A DNA stretch of 50,679 nt from a virus. Lineage: Duplodnaviria; Caudoviricetes. The position numbers and the translations under genes were made by a program. The notes under the pieces are model-generated. The model was not told the DNA's origin, ran no database searches, and worked only from the letters and a program-made list of their open reading frames with translations. This document shows, one piece after another, positions 29,453 to 37,978 of this stretch (positions are counted from its first letter, which is position 1; every line of letters begins with the position of its first letter). The DNA lies in the IMG/VR virus record IMGVR_UViG_3300032218_003909, positions 1 to 50,679 of that record, one strand, 5' to 3'.

Positions 29453-30397
29453 ATGAAAAAGATTGTTTATGTAACCGGTTGCTTAGGATTCATAGGACTG
29501 CATGTGACACGCAGGTGTCTAGAATTAGGTTGGTATGTAATAGGCGTAGATAAAATGACTTATGCCAGTAATGTGCTATTTTTAGATGAACTACAGCAAA
29601 ATAATAATTTTAAGTTTATCAACTGTGACATTAATGAATTAGATCGCTTGTATGACTGTGACTATGTAATAAACACCGCAGCAGAAACCCATGTTGATAA
29701 CAGTATAGAAGATAGCGATCAGTTTCTTCATAGCAATGTAAACGGAGTACATAACTTACTAAAGCTAATCAAGCAAAAAGTATCTTTTCGTATGCCAACA
29801 CTACTACATTTTAGCACAGATGAAGTTTACGGAGACATATTAGAAGGCTCGCACACAGAAAATGATTTGCTACGTCCAAGTAATCCTTATAGTGCCACTA
29901 AGGCTGCTGCAGATATGCTAGTACTAGCTTGGGCAAGAACGCATAATGTACCGTATGTAATAGTAAGACCTACTAATAACTACGGTATAGGACAATATAC
30001 TGAAAAATTGATTCCAAAAACAGTGAAGTATATGAGCTTAGGGAAACCAGTTCATGTTCATGACAAAGGAACACCTGTGCGAACTTGGTTACATGTAAGT
30101 GATACTGTTGAAGCAGTAGTGAAAATTATACAGAATGGTGCTCGAAATGAGATATTTAATATCTCAGGCAATTATGAATTGAGTAACAGGGAAGTGATAT
30201 CAAAGATAATACATCTTATCAAAGGAAGTGTCACGGATATTGAGTCATATTTATATCACACTGTGCGTGCAGGCGGCGACGTAAGATATTCTATTAATGA
30301 CGATAAATTAAAAGCCTTAGGTTGGGAGCCTAAGGCTATTTTCGACGTTGAACTTTCTAAAATAGTTGATTACTATTTGAAAAATTTTGTCTGGTAG
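29453..30397 (+). CDS. rfbB: dTDP-glucose 4,6-dehydratase-like (paralog 2)
   Basis: TGCLGFIG, DKMTYA, AAETHVDNSI, STDEVYG, PYSATK, NNYG. Confidence 0.9.
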   Translation: MKKIVYVTGCLGFIGLHVTRRCLELGWYVIGVDKMTYASNVLFLDELQQNNNFKFINCDINELDRLYDCDYVINTAAETHVDNSIEDSDQFLHSNVNGVHNLLKLIKQKVSFRMPTLLHFSTDEVYGDILEGSHTENDLLRPSNPYSATKAAADMLVLAWARTHNVPYVIVRPTNNYGIGQYTEKLIPKTVKYMSLGKPVHVHDKGTPVRTWLHVSDTVEAVVKIIQNGARNEIFNISGNYELSNREVISKIIHLIKGSVTDIESYLYHTVRAGGDVRYSINDDKLKALGWEPKAIFDVELSKIVDYYLKNFVW

Positions 30398-30404
30398 TTA
30401 ATAA

Positions 30405-30560
30405 TCAATCATCAGCAGTGATCTTTTGATTAAGATACTGCTTGATTGTTTTAATTAATTTACGTTCTGTATCATAAACATATTCTTTTGTATCACTTTC
30501 AGTGCTGACAATAAGAATAAATCCATTGCATGCTTTGCGAATTTCTAGATTTTCAAACAT
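30405..30560 (-). CDS. Small hypothetical protein (51 aa)
   Basis: Below cutoff: MFENLEIRKACNGFILIVSTESDTKEYVYDTERKLIKTIKQYLNQKITADD. Confidence 0.7.
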   Translation of the reverse strand: MFENLEIRKACNGFILIVSTESDTKEYVYDTERKLIKTIKQYLNQKITADD

Positions 30561-30584
30561 AATGATTACTCGATTTTTTAAGGG

Positions 30585-31694
30585 TTAAATGAACTTAGTA
30601 TTTGGATTTATACTAACTATAGATTCTTTGATCTCGTCAGTATAAGATCCGCCGCGCACTATCACAACAGGTGCAGCAACATCAGAGAGGCACAGCGGAG
30701 ATTTCACAGTAAGATTGGTGCCGTACAACCTTTTACCATGTTTGTTTGGATCATTGTCTAGAAGACAAATAATCCTAGATTCAGAAAGTCCCATATTCAA
30801 TAGGACTTGTGCGAAGATATGTGCGCCAAATAAATAGACCTTCTTTCCTTCAGTGAGTCTAATAATGTTCTCAGTGTCTTCTGATATCTTGAGTTTATAC
30901 TCGTCAAACAGTCTTTTCACGTATGAAAAATCTTTGTGCACAGGAGTACAATTTCCTTCTTTGCGAGCTTTGAAAAAAATAGAATGATCTGTTATGATAG
31001 AGTCTAGCAAACGGAATCCAGACCTAGACAAAAAATAACTTACTACATCGTAGTCAACATAGAACGTATGTTCAAAACTAAGTGTATTTGTAAATCCTTG
31101 TGTTAACCAATGACGCATATTAGGTATAGAGATATAGTGAAGTCCACCGTCCTCTAACACAGAGTTAATTTTATTTAAAAAATTAATAGGATCGTATGCA
31201 TGTTCAAAGCAATGAGAATGTACAACAATATCGTATTTTTTTGTAAATTCATGCGTTTCAAAATAACTATTGATAGTCTTGATTCGATGATCACTAAATG
31301 TTTTGCGAATTGAAGGCTCAATCAAAGTCCAAGTGAAACCATTATAAGATTCAGAAATTTTATTAGCAAGTACACCTGATCCACCACCTATCTCTAATGC
31401 ATTAATAAAAGTATCTTCATTGATAAATTCTGAAAATTTTTGATGATGTTCTTGCCAAATCTTACCTGTCAGACCAGGGCTATGATAGTTTTTATAAATC
31501 AAATCAGGATCCAGCATTTCCAATAGCTGTACATATCCAGATTCTGATACACTCCAGTTCATATCTTCAAAGATATCTTCTTCCGAAGAAAAATCTACAC
31601 AAGACATAATTATTGGGAAATTGCGTAGAGTGTATATAGTATTCACATTAGTACTACCTGATACTAAACATTTACTTCTATTGATTTTTTGCAT
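30585..31694 (-). CDS. SAM-dependent sugar methyltransferase (C-MTase-like)
   Basis: LEIGGGSG, HCFEH..P, FEH..Y, LFGAH, LDNDPNK.G. Confidence 0.85.
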   Translation of the reverse strand: MQKINRSKCLVSGSTNVNTIYTLRNFPIIMSCVDFSSEEDIFEDMNWSVSESGYVQLLEMLDPDLIYKNYHSPGLTGKIWQEHHQKFSEFINEDTFINALEIGGGSGVLANKISESYNGFTWTLIEPSIRKTFSDHRIKTINSYFETHEFTKKYDIVVHSHCFEHAYDPINFLNKINSVLEDGGLHYISIPNMRHWLTQGFTNTLSFEHTFYVDYDVVSYFLSRSGFRLLDSIITDHSIFFKARKEGNCTPVHKDFSYVKRLFDEYKLKISEDTENIIRLTEGKKVYLFGAHIFAQVLLNMGLSESRIICLLDNDPNKHGKRLYGTNLTVKSPLCLSDVAAPVVIVRGGSYTDEIKESIVSINPNTKFI

Positions 31695-32134
31695 TATGCA
31701 TCAAATCTCATGACATCAATATTGGATGCTCGGAGAAACTTAACGCCCTTTTCGTCACGATAATCTTGCGCATAGAATACTCGTGCGATACCTGCCTGGT
31801 ATATACCTTTACTACATTCCATACAAGGACTATGAGTAACAAATAACGTGGCACCTAGTCCTGACTCGGTGCTTTTAGCTAATTTCATTAATGCATTCAT
31901 TTCTGCATGGAGAACTTCAGCTCTAGTAGTCAAAGTAATGCCGCCATCTTCGTAGCGAGTTTCAATTTCACAATCATTATTCCAGCCAGAAGGCATACCA
32001 TTATAACCCATGCTAATAATGCGATCATCTTTAACAACGATTGCGCCCACTTTTAATCGGCGAGCATAGCTCATATTAGCTACTTCTTGCGCGATGTTCA
32101 TGTATAATTGTTGAAATCTAGGTTTCATATTCAT
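31694..32134 (-). CDS. dCMP deaminase
   Basis: VGAIVVKD..IIS.GYNG, HAE.NA, SPCMEC. The track's N-terminal extension runs into tRNA-Gly, so the start is moved to 32134. Confidence 0.9.
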   Translation of the reverse strand: MNMKPRFQQLYMNIAQEVANMSYARRLKVGAIVVKDDRIISMGYNGMPSGWNNDCEIETRYEDGGITLTTRAEVLHAEMNALMKLAKSTESGLGATLFVTHSPCMECSKGIYQAGIARVFYAQDYRDEKGVKFLRASNIDVMRFDA

Positions 32135-32141
32135 TAAAATT

Positions 32142-32216
32142 TGGAGCGGGTGACAGGATTTGAACCTGCGACGAACAGCTTGGAAGGCTGACACTCTACC
32201 ACTGAGTTACACCCGC
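32142..32216 (-). tRNA. tRNA-Gly(TCC)
   Basis: GCGGGTG...CT-TCC-AA...TTCAAAT...CACCCGC-T-CCA cloverleaf. Confidence 0.95.
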
Positions 32217-32227
32217 TATGTTTATTG

Positions 32228-32995
32228 TTACCATCTACCAAAATTAGGCTCGTAGTATTTTTGACCTTCTACATAATTTGGCACTAGGTATTTTCCATCG
32301 CGACGTAAAAAAGCCATATAGCCATCATCTTGCCATACTAGTCCATTTTCGCGAGAAATATTTGATAGCATGTTTTCAGTATGCATCACCAGTCCTTTGT
32401 TAAAATAAAAATCGTTAATACAGTCAACGGTTTTTGCATAGGTCGATAATGCTTCAGGTCTGCCTATAACAAACAAGTCTACAAAATTTTCCTGTCTAAA
32501 GCATGAAGAGATTATTATGCGATTTGGTTGATCTACAAGTCTCTGATATATTTTATCAAAATAAATAGGAATGTCAAGTCCTACGTCTGATCTAGTTCTA
32601 AAAAATAAATCATATGTGTCTGCTTTAAACGCAGCATCAACTGTTTTCTGCAACAGCCAATATTGACGGAAAAATCTATTAACATCTATAGTTATCTGTC
32701 GTGGATATTCACCCCGAATCAAATCTGATGGAAAATCATTCCAATCTATGAATTCGATGTGTTTTAATTTATGATTTTGTGGCACTCTTGATTCAATGTA
32801 ATCACGAGCTTGGTCTTCATTACTAACTGATTTCAACCAAGTTGGTGTAGAAATTTCACTAAGTGGATATTCTTCTGGAATATTCTTCCAAAGTAATACT
32901 ATCCATTCAAAATTACTACCGTGAATATTAGACAGCTGATAATCAAAATCTTGACAAAATCTAGGAAATCCACTGATAAGCATAGCAGTTTTCAT
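32228..32995 (-). CDS. Hypothetical glycan-locus protein (putative GT-A)
   Basis: KTA..ISG.PR...YDL..RTRSD; paralog of 33792..34496. Confidence 0.65.
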   Translation of the reverse strand: MKTAMLISGFPRFCQDFDYQLSNIHGSNFEWIVLLWKNIPEEYPLSEISTPTWLKSVSNEDQARDYIESRVPQNHKLKHIEFIDWNDFPSDLIRGEYPRQITIDVNRFFRQYWLLQKTVDAAFKADTYDLFFRTRSDVGLDIPIYFDKIYQRLVDQPNRIIISSCFRQENFVDLFVIGRPEALSTYAKTVDCINDFYFNKGLVMHTENMLSNISRENGLVWQDDGYMAFLRRDGKYLVPNYVEGQKYYEPNFGRW

Positions 32996-32997
32996 AA

Positions 32998-33735
32998 TTA
33001 TTCCTTTATATACACAGCGTTGCCTTCGTATTGAAATGAATATTCAAATAGATGTGGTATCTCTTTGAATCCGCACTCGTTGAGAAACGCATCAATTTCT
33101 GGCTTCAAACTTTGGCCTTCATAATATGAGCCAAGACCAACCTCTGTCATAATCAGTTTAACATCTTGCAAAGTTTCTCGGGCGCCTCTGAACACATCAA
33201 GCTCGCCTCCCTGGACATCTACCCACAGCATATCAATAGGCCCGACTTGATTTTTTTCACGCCAACTGTCAAGTGTAATTTGCTCTACTTGAATTTCATC
33301 TTGATTCCAAGTCTTGTTAAAAAAACTGCCATTTAAACCTGGCACAAACTTATACTTGCTGCTTGCGCCAACATTGAATTCTGAACCAGTGTCATTCACT
33401 GGATAAAAAGGTATAACTGAATTTTTATCGCCAACCGCGCAGTTGTATAACTTTATTCTATCCTTGAACTTCGACTCAAGTTGTTCATGATTTTCGTGAC
33501 AAATTTTAAAACTGCCGGGAACCGGTTCAAATGCATAGAATTTTGCATCTGTAAAAATATGACTCATCTCAATTGTTTGTTCGAGAAATCTTGAACCTAT
33601 ATCACATACTTGTTTGATTTGATCAAAATCAAAAAGATCATACAATAGCATTAATCTGCTAGCTGCTACCATATCGCAGTCCAGCAAAGGTATGGATGCA
33701 TGATCTACTAAACTTATTGCGTATTTCTCGTTCAT
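32998..33735 (-). CDS. FkbM-family methyltransferase
   Basis: DIGS, FEP.P, AVG, TLD, W.DVQGGEL.V..GA, TEV. Confidence 0.9.
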   Translation of the reverse strand: MNEKYAISLVDHASIPLLDCDMVAASRLMLLYDLFDFDQIKQVCDIGSRFLEQTIEMSHIFTDAKFYAFEPVPGSFKICHENHEQLESKFKDRIKLYNCAVGDKNSVIPFYPVNDTGSEFNVGASSKYKFVPGLNGSFFNKTWNQDEIQVEQITLDSWREKNQVGPIDMLWVDVQGGELDVFRGARETLQDVKLIMTEVGLGSYYEGQSLKPEIDAFLNECGFKEIPHLFEYSFQYEGNAVYIKE

Positions 33736-33791
33736 TGAATTCTCCGTGTAAACTTGATTTACTTATAGTAAAAAGCTGTGTCTGTTAAAAT

Positions 33792-34496
33792 TTACCAATT
33801 TCCTGGTCTAACACCATATTCTCTACCAGTTCTGTGCGGAGAAATCCATAATGGAACTCGACCACAAGGGATACCAGCTACTTTGTAGTAATTTTCTAAA
33901 GAATCTTCGGGATGAACGAATTCCCATCGCAGACTCATGCTTTTGAGATGGTTCCAATAATTAATAAACTTATCATACATCTGTGGACTGCCAAATTGAA
34001 ATAAATCACTGAAATTGGTGCTAGTAAACATTGTTGTTTTAGCACGCTCCGAATAGTCTAAGAGATCAACTACATCAACTGTTTCATTTTCTTGGCCAGT
34101 CTTAGAAGTATACGCATCTGTGCGTAAACGAAAAACTAAATCATAATCTGCGCCTGTTGATTCTTGATATTTTACTCGCAGCTCGTTTGATTTTATAATA
34201 CCCCACCACATTGTCAGGAAATTAGGAGCCCATTCTGCAAGATTCAATGGCAAATAAGGAGGATGATGAGGCGGTTTATCTTCTAAAATTTCAACTACTC
34301 TGAAATTCCAATGTTTAGGAATTCCATTATTGTGCCAAAAATTTATCAGTTGTTCTGGAGTTTCAGGTTGGCCGGGACTTTTCCATAGTCTGATAAAAAA
34401 ATCAACATCTCCCCAATTAGAAAATTTTTCTATAGTTTGGAATATACCACGGTGGGTATATCGTTGAGCGCCGCTGACTGTTATTGCTGTTTTCAT
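33792..34496 (-). CDS. Hypothetical glycan-locus protein (putative GT-A)
   Basis: KTA..VSG.QR...YDLVFRLRTD...D.F.FG...HPE. Confidence 0.65.
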   Translation of the reverse strand: MKTAITVSGAQRYTHRGIFQTIEKFSNWGDVDFFIRLWKSPGQPETPEQLINFWHNNGIPKHWNFRVVEILEDKPPHHPPYLPLNLAEWAPNFLTMWWGIIKSNELRVKYQESTGADYDLVFRLRTDAYTSKTGQENETVDVVDLLDYSERAKTTMFTSTNFSDLFQFGSPQMYDKFINYWNHLKSMSLRWEFVHPEDSLENYYKVAGIPCGRVPLWISPHRTGREYGVRPGNW

Positions 34497-34516
34497 TGTT
34501 GTTTAAGTTTATTGAT

Positions 34517-34591
34517 TGGTGCCCCCACTCTGAATTGAACAGAGATTTGATGATTACAAGTCAACTGTAATAGCCATTATACGATAGGGGC
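34517..34591 (-). tRNA. tRNA-Thr(TGT)
   Basis: GCCCCTA/TGGGGGC-A-CCA; loop CT-TGT-AA. Confidence 0.9.
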
Positions 34592-34602
34592 TTTTTAAGC
34601 AG

Positions 34603-34676
34603 TCGGGGTGGAGAGATTTGAACTCCCATGTTGTCCTGCTCCCAAAGCAGGAGGCTTGCTATTAGCCCACACTCCG
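34603..34676 (-). tRNA. tRNA-Pro(TGG), atypical D-arm, no encoded CCA
   Basis: CGGAGTG/CACCCCG-A; CCTGC-TT-TGG-GA-GCAGG; TTCAAAT loop. Confidence 0.8.
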
Positions 34677-34689
34677 TATTTTTAAAATT

Positions 34690-34765
34690 TGGCTCCAGTG
34701 GCTGGTTCTGCCCCAGCATATGACGGATTAACAGTCCGCTCTCCTTACTATTTGAGTACACTGGA
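34690..34765 (-). tRNA. tRNA-Asn(GTT), non-canonical T-loop
   Basis: TCCAGTG/CACTGGA-G-CCA; CT-GTT-AA; T-arm GCTGG-GGCAGAA-CCAGC. Confidence 0.85.
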
Positions 34766-34789
34766 ATATTCTTTACTTACCTATACTTA

Positions 34790-35080
34790 TCAAGTTCAAA
34801 GATTGGGCACATAAAATCTGCTTTCCAACTGTGGACCATTGACAATGTGAACGTCTTCACATATATAGTCTTATGCTGCTTTATTGTTGCACATCTTAAC
34901 TTTCAACAACAGCATAAGATTTTCCCGGCATAGCTAATACTTTTTAGACTTTAAAATCTCTAGAACGCCTCGGAAGTATCCGATACTATTTTTTTAGGGC
35001 GCAATGATGTGATTGTCTGTACTCGTACTACCACTAGTAGCAAATGTCTGCCTTGGACTGTGCCCAATCTCTGAATTTAA
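34790..35080 (-). ncRNA. Unknown ~290-nt structured RNA
   Basis: Terminal 17-bp stem UUCAGAGAUUGGGCACA/UGUGCCCAAUCUUUGAA (one G-U pair on the minus strand) encloses several internal helices. No plausible ORF. Confidence 0.7.
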
Positions 35081-35113
35081 ATTTTTGCATATATTGTATG
35101 TATTTGCAATAGT

Positions 35114-35383
35114 CTATAATGCCAAAAGAAACGCAGTGAGTTCAGTTTCTTGCATAAATCCAATATACAAACACCAACTAATATTAGGTCTTTTATTAGA
35201 GTTTCTTGGTGAGAATGTTACGTAATGATCATTTTTATTGGGCCATTCTCTGCCATATAATTTTTCCAATCTTTTTTTTGCAGTGAGGGCTTCTTTGCTC
35301 CACATATCTTCAAAATATATAGCTTTGCTAATTCCATGATTTTTGCGTAGGTTAAATCGTAGATCTAGTTCTTTTACTTTCAC
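35114..35383 (-). CDS. Hypothetical protein
   Basis: 89-aa ORF, GTG start with AGGAG upstream. Confidence 0.65.
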   Translation of the reverse strand: MKVKELDLRFNLRKNHGISKAIYFEDMWSKEALTAKKRLEKLYGREWPNKNDHYVTFSPRNSNKRPNISWCLYIGFMQETELTAFLLAL

Positions 35384-35384
35384 G

Positions 35385-36284
35385 TTATGCTCCTAGAAAA
35401 TCTCGTATCCATGACAAACGCATCTGTTCGTCCATCGCGGTGTACTGATGAATGTTGTCACGAATCGCATCAATCAGCGGATAATATTCTTCATCTATCT
35501 TCTGCTTGACATTGCAATTCATTAGCTTATCCGTCTTCGGTGCCCGCGCCACAAACTTGCTTACCAGGTAGTACGGAGTTTTGATTTTGGTTGCTAGTCC
35601 ATCTTGCGTATAGATTACAAATCCTTCATGATGTACCATCCTGGTCATCACTTGCACTTCATCCATGGTTGTTTGAAATGATTCAGGCTTATAACAACCT
35701 AACTTTACAGCCAAGTCTTGCCATTGAATCAATTCTGCATATCCGTCAACCACTGAATTCCATGAGTTTTCTCGTTGCCCGAGAAAGTACATACCAGACT
35801 TTTCAGACACGATATGGGGATCCCGGGGATGCACACATTCAAACATCAGGGTATAGCCTTCTGCTGCACGAATATTTTCTTGCCACCCAGACCACGGCTG
35901 GTGCGTCAACATCATTTCTCTTGCCATATCAACATATTCAGAATCAATTGAGCCGGTGGTAGATACCAGGATATCATCCTGATACCAAGTCATGGCTACC
36001 ATAAATCCATTGATTTTTCGATATGCAGTTACTATCTGCTTGCTATCAATTTTAGGTGCACGCAGTTCGATTCCATAGTTATAAATCTTGGTGAACGGAC
36101 GAGATATTACATTAAAATGCTTGTCTACTATAGTACCTCGACACTCTTCAAGAAAATCGTTCCACAAGTTATCAAAAAACACTCGTTTCTTGTACTTGAG
36201 TACAAAAATATCCTCTTTTGCGGGCTTCATGGACACTAATTTGGGGTTGTCCTGCACAAACCGTGCTAACGCCTGCTTATCCAT
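35385..36284 (-). CDS. RNA ligase (T4 Rnl1-like)
   Basis: ECRG, PF.KI.N, motif I KINGF, TLMFE, EGFVI, KIK. Confidence 0.85.
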   Translation of the reverse strand: MDKQALARFVQDNPKLVSMKPAKEDIFVLKYKKRVFFDNLWNDFLEECRGTIVDKHFNVISRPFTKIYNYGIELRAPKIDSKQIVTAYRKINGFMVAMTWYQDDILVSTTGSIDSEYVDMAREMMLTHQPWSGWQENIRAAEGYTLMFECVHPRDPHIVSEKSGMYFLGQRENSWNSVVDGYAELIQWQDLAVKLGCYKPESFQTTMDEVQVMTRMVHHEGFVIYTQDGLATKIKTPYYLVSKFVARAPKTDKLMNCNVKQKIDEEYYPLIDAIRDNIHQYTAMDEQMRLSWIRDFLGA

Positions 36285-36294
36285 GTATATTTCC

Positions 36295-36501
36295 TCAGAG
36301 TTGTGCTTCTGATAAATCCCGTTTGCGATCTGCTTCGATTTCAGCCTGAGCTTCTTTCAGTGTCTTGCCAGTGGTGCCCACATAGTAGACACCGTCTTTT
36401 AGATACGCAAATCGCCACACGCCTTCTCGAAGTCCGTCATAATACGCATTAATATAACCCATCGGAGTTTCATTGTTTGTCACGCAGGCTTTCTCCTTCA
36501 T
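36295..36501 (-). CDS. Hypothetical protein
   Basis: Small ORF in the operon; the true start may be GTG at 36483. Confidence 0.6.
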   Translation of the reverse strand: MKEKACVTNNETPMGYINAYYDGLREGVWRFAYLKDGVYYVGTTGKTLKEAQAEIEADRKRDLSEAQL

Positions 36502-37042
36502 GATGAGATTTAATTGAACCTTTCATAGCATCTGCAATCATATCACGCATCAGCGTAACAACTTTGCCAGTGGCATCTACACCCACATCACGCACACGAT
36601 ATTTTTCAAGTCCACTAGAATTGCCGTGACGATGACCGTGAAAATGTACTGAACCTCGAGCACACTCTTCGTGATCGAGAATAGGATAGTGAAACATCAC
36701 TACCTTGGTGCCTTCAAATCCAATAGTCAAATACTGATGTATCTCAGCAAAGCAAGCGCGATATGCTTCATTCTTCAATGCTTTTCTATCGTGATTGCCT
36801 TCAATCAAAATCTTCTTGCCTTGCAGGCGATTCACTGTTTCAATTAGCTTTTCTAAAGTCATGAAACCTACATCACCGAGGATGTAAACCGTGTCATTTT
36901 CATCAACCTGACTATTCCATTCAGCAATCATACTTTCAGTCATATGCTGTCCGTCGCGATATTGACCACGAGTCTTGGGGCAATACTTGATGATATTGGA
37001 ATGTCCGAGATGTAGATCCGATGCGATCCATGTGCTAGACAT
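36470..37042 (-). CDS. Calcineurin-like metallophosphoesterase
   Basis: SDLH, LGD, GNHD, H.P, HGHRH, DVGVD. Confidence 0.9.
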   Translation of the reverse strand: MSSTWIASDLHLGHSNIIKYCPKTRGQYRDGQHMTESMIAEWNSQVDENDTVYILGDVGFMTLEKLIETVNRLQGKKILIEGNHDRKALKNEAYRACFAEIHQYLTIGFEGTKVVMFHYPILDHEECARGSVHFHGHRHGNSSGLEKYRVRDVGVDATGKVVTLMRDMIADAMKGSIKSHHEGESLRDKQ

Positions 37043-37051
37043 TGTATATCC

Positions 37052-37246
37052 TTACTTGATGACGGTGATGGCGTAGCGAACACCGTCGATGTACTGGTTG
37101 ACGCTCTCGCCTTCCAGGTGAAGGACCGCCGACAGGTTCAGCATGTCCTTGAGGATGGTGGCGTCCTCCTGGCTGAAGCAACGACCCAGGGCCTGGGGCG
37201 TGGTGTTCATCGAGAAATCGTCGCCAATAGCAACTTGCAGCTTCAT
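37052..37246 (-). CDS. Small early hypothetical protein
   Basis: 64 aa, TAAGGAGA RBS, GC-rich codons. Confidence 0.75.
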   Translation of the reverse strand: MKLQVAIGDDFSMNTTPQALGRCFSQEDATILKDMLNLSAVLHLEGESVNQYIDGVRYAITVIK

Positions 37247-37256
37247 GATGTTCTCC

Positions 37257-37355
37257 TTAGATGCGGTTGGTCAGAAAACAGAACAGCGCATACAGGTTCG
37301 TAGCGATGAGACCAATGATACAGGTAACCATATAAACGCTGCCGAAAGTTTCCAT
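37257..37355 (-). CDS. 32-aa single-transmembrane peptide
   Basis: METFGSVYMVTCIIGLIATNLYALFCFLTNRI; AAAGGA RBS; own promoter. Confidence 0.65.
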   Translation of the reverse strand: METFGSVYMVTCIIGLIATNLYALFCFLTNRI

Positions 37356-37384
37356 GATGTAGTTCCTTTGTTTAATGTAGAGTA

Positions 37385-37413
37385 ATCTTATACTTTATGC
37401 GAATTAATGTACA
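37385..37413 (-). promoter_or_regulatory. Early promoter
   Basis: (G)TGTACA-N17-TAAGAT. Confidence 0.6.
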
Positions 37414-37421
37414 CAGGCCTC

Positions 37422-37634
37422 CTAGTCCGGAAGGACGGTACAAGAAACTTTCACCAGGGTGTAGGTGTTAGTAGGCGCCGTCTTGCGGTGCTCTGCAAGT
37501 TCCTTGACCGCCTTGGCGTATGACTTGATGTCCGGTCCGTGGGTAAACGTTCCGTAGGTGGAATTCTTACCAATGATGCGGTACTCGACCATCTTGTCAG
37601 CCATCTTCTGAGTGATACCCTTGCTCACATTCAT
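37422..37634 (-). CDS. Small early hypothetical protein
   Basis: 70 aa, GGGAG RBS, directly behind promoter repeat copy 1. Confidence 0.7.
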   Translation of the reverse strand: MNVSKGITQKMADKMVEYRIIGKNSTYGTFTHGPDIKSYAKAVKELAEHRKTAPTNTYTLVKVSCTVLPD

Positions 37635-37656
37635 CTCCCGTTTAACTCAACTGTGC

Positions 37657-37732
37657 AGATAGTATAGCAAAACGGTCAGATATTGTCAACCGTTTTTGAA
37701 AAAATATTTTGTTCTTATAAATCAATCACTTA
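37657..37732 (-). repeat. Promoter-module direct repeat, copy 1
   Basis: Near-identical to 37901-37978. TTGACA-N17-TATACT, AAAACGGT/ACCGTTTT inverted repeat, IHF-consensus box at 37720-37732. Confidence 0.9.
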
Positions 37733-37875
37733 CGATTCTGTTTAGGGACAAAGCGGCAGCTCGGAGTTTTACGCAAAAAATCAAGCATAGCGCCGTCCTT
37801 AAACAGTCTCGCCATCTGTATGGCAGTCTTTTTGATGTACAAGGTCTTGATTCCGTTGACTGTGGTGTACTTCAT
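37726..37875 (-). CDS. Small basic early protein (49 aa)
   Basis: MKYTTVNGIKTLYIKKTAIQMARLFKDGAMLDFLRKTPSCRFVPKQNRK, between the two promoter repeats. Confidence 0.6.
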   Translation of the reverse strand: MKYTTVNGIKTLYIKKTAIQMARLFKDGAMLDFLRKTPSCRFVPKQNRK

Positions 37876-37900
37876 ATCAGTGTTTCTCTATTCAGTATAG

Positions 37901-37978
37901 AGATAGTATAGCAAAACGGTCAGATATTTGTCAACCGTTTTTGAAAAAAATATTTTGTTCTTATAAATCAATCACTTA
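37901..37978 (-). repeat. Promoter-module direct repeat, copy 2
   Basis: TTGACA-N18-TATACT; differs from copy 1 by two single-base insertions; IHF-consensus box at 37966-37978. Confidence 0.9.

Noticed and set aside
421-31694. Numerous short antisense ORFs in the track (e.g. 1622..2062, 4499..4843, 9072..9368, 21860..22192)
   Set aside because: They are shadows of well-supported genes, with no motifs or RBS.
32135-32194. N-terminal extension of dCMP deaminase
   Set aside because: It lies inside tRNA-Gly; ATG at 32134 or 32128 is the likely start.
35013-35225. 70-aa plus-strand ORF
   Set aside because: Antisense to a real gene and the structured RNA; no RBS.
37696-37911. 71-aa plus-strand ORF
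   Set aside because: Antisense to the promoter-driven 49-aa ORF and starts within the repeat.
37657-37978. CRISPR array or transposon ends
   Set aside because: Only two 77-bp direct copies, explained as promoter modules; no cas or transposase genes.
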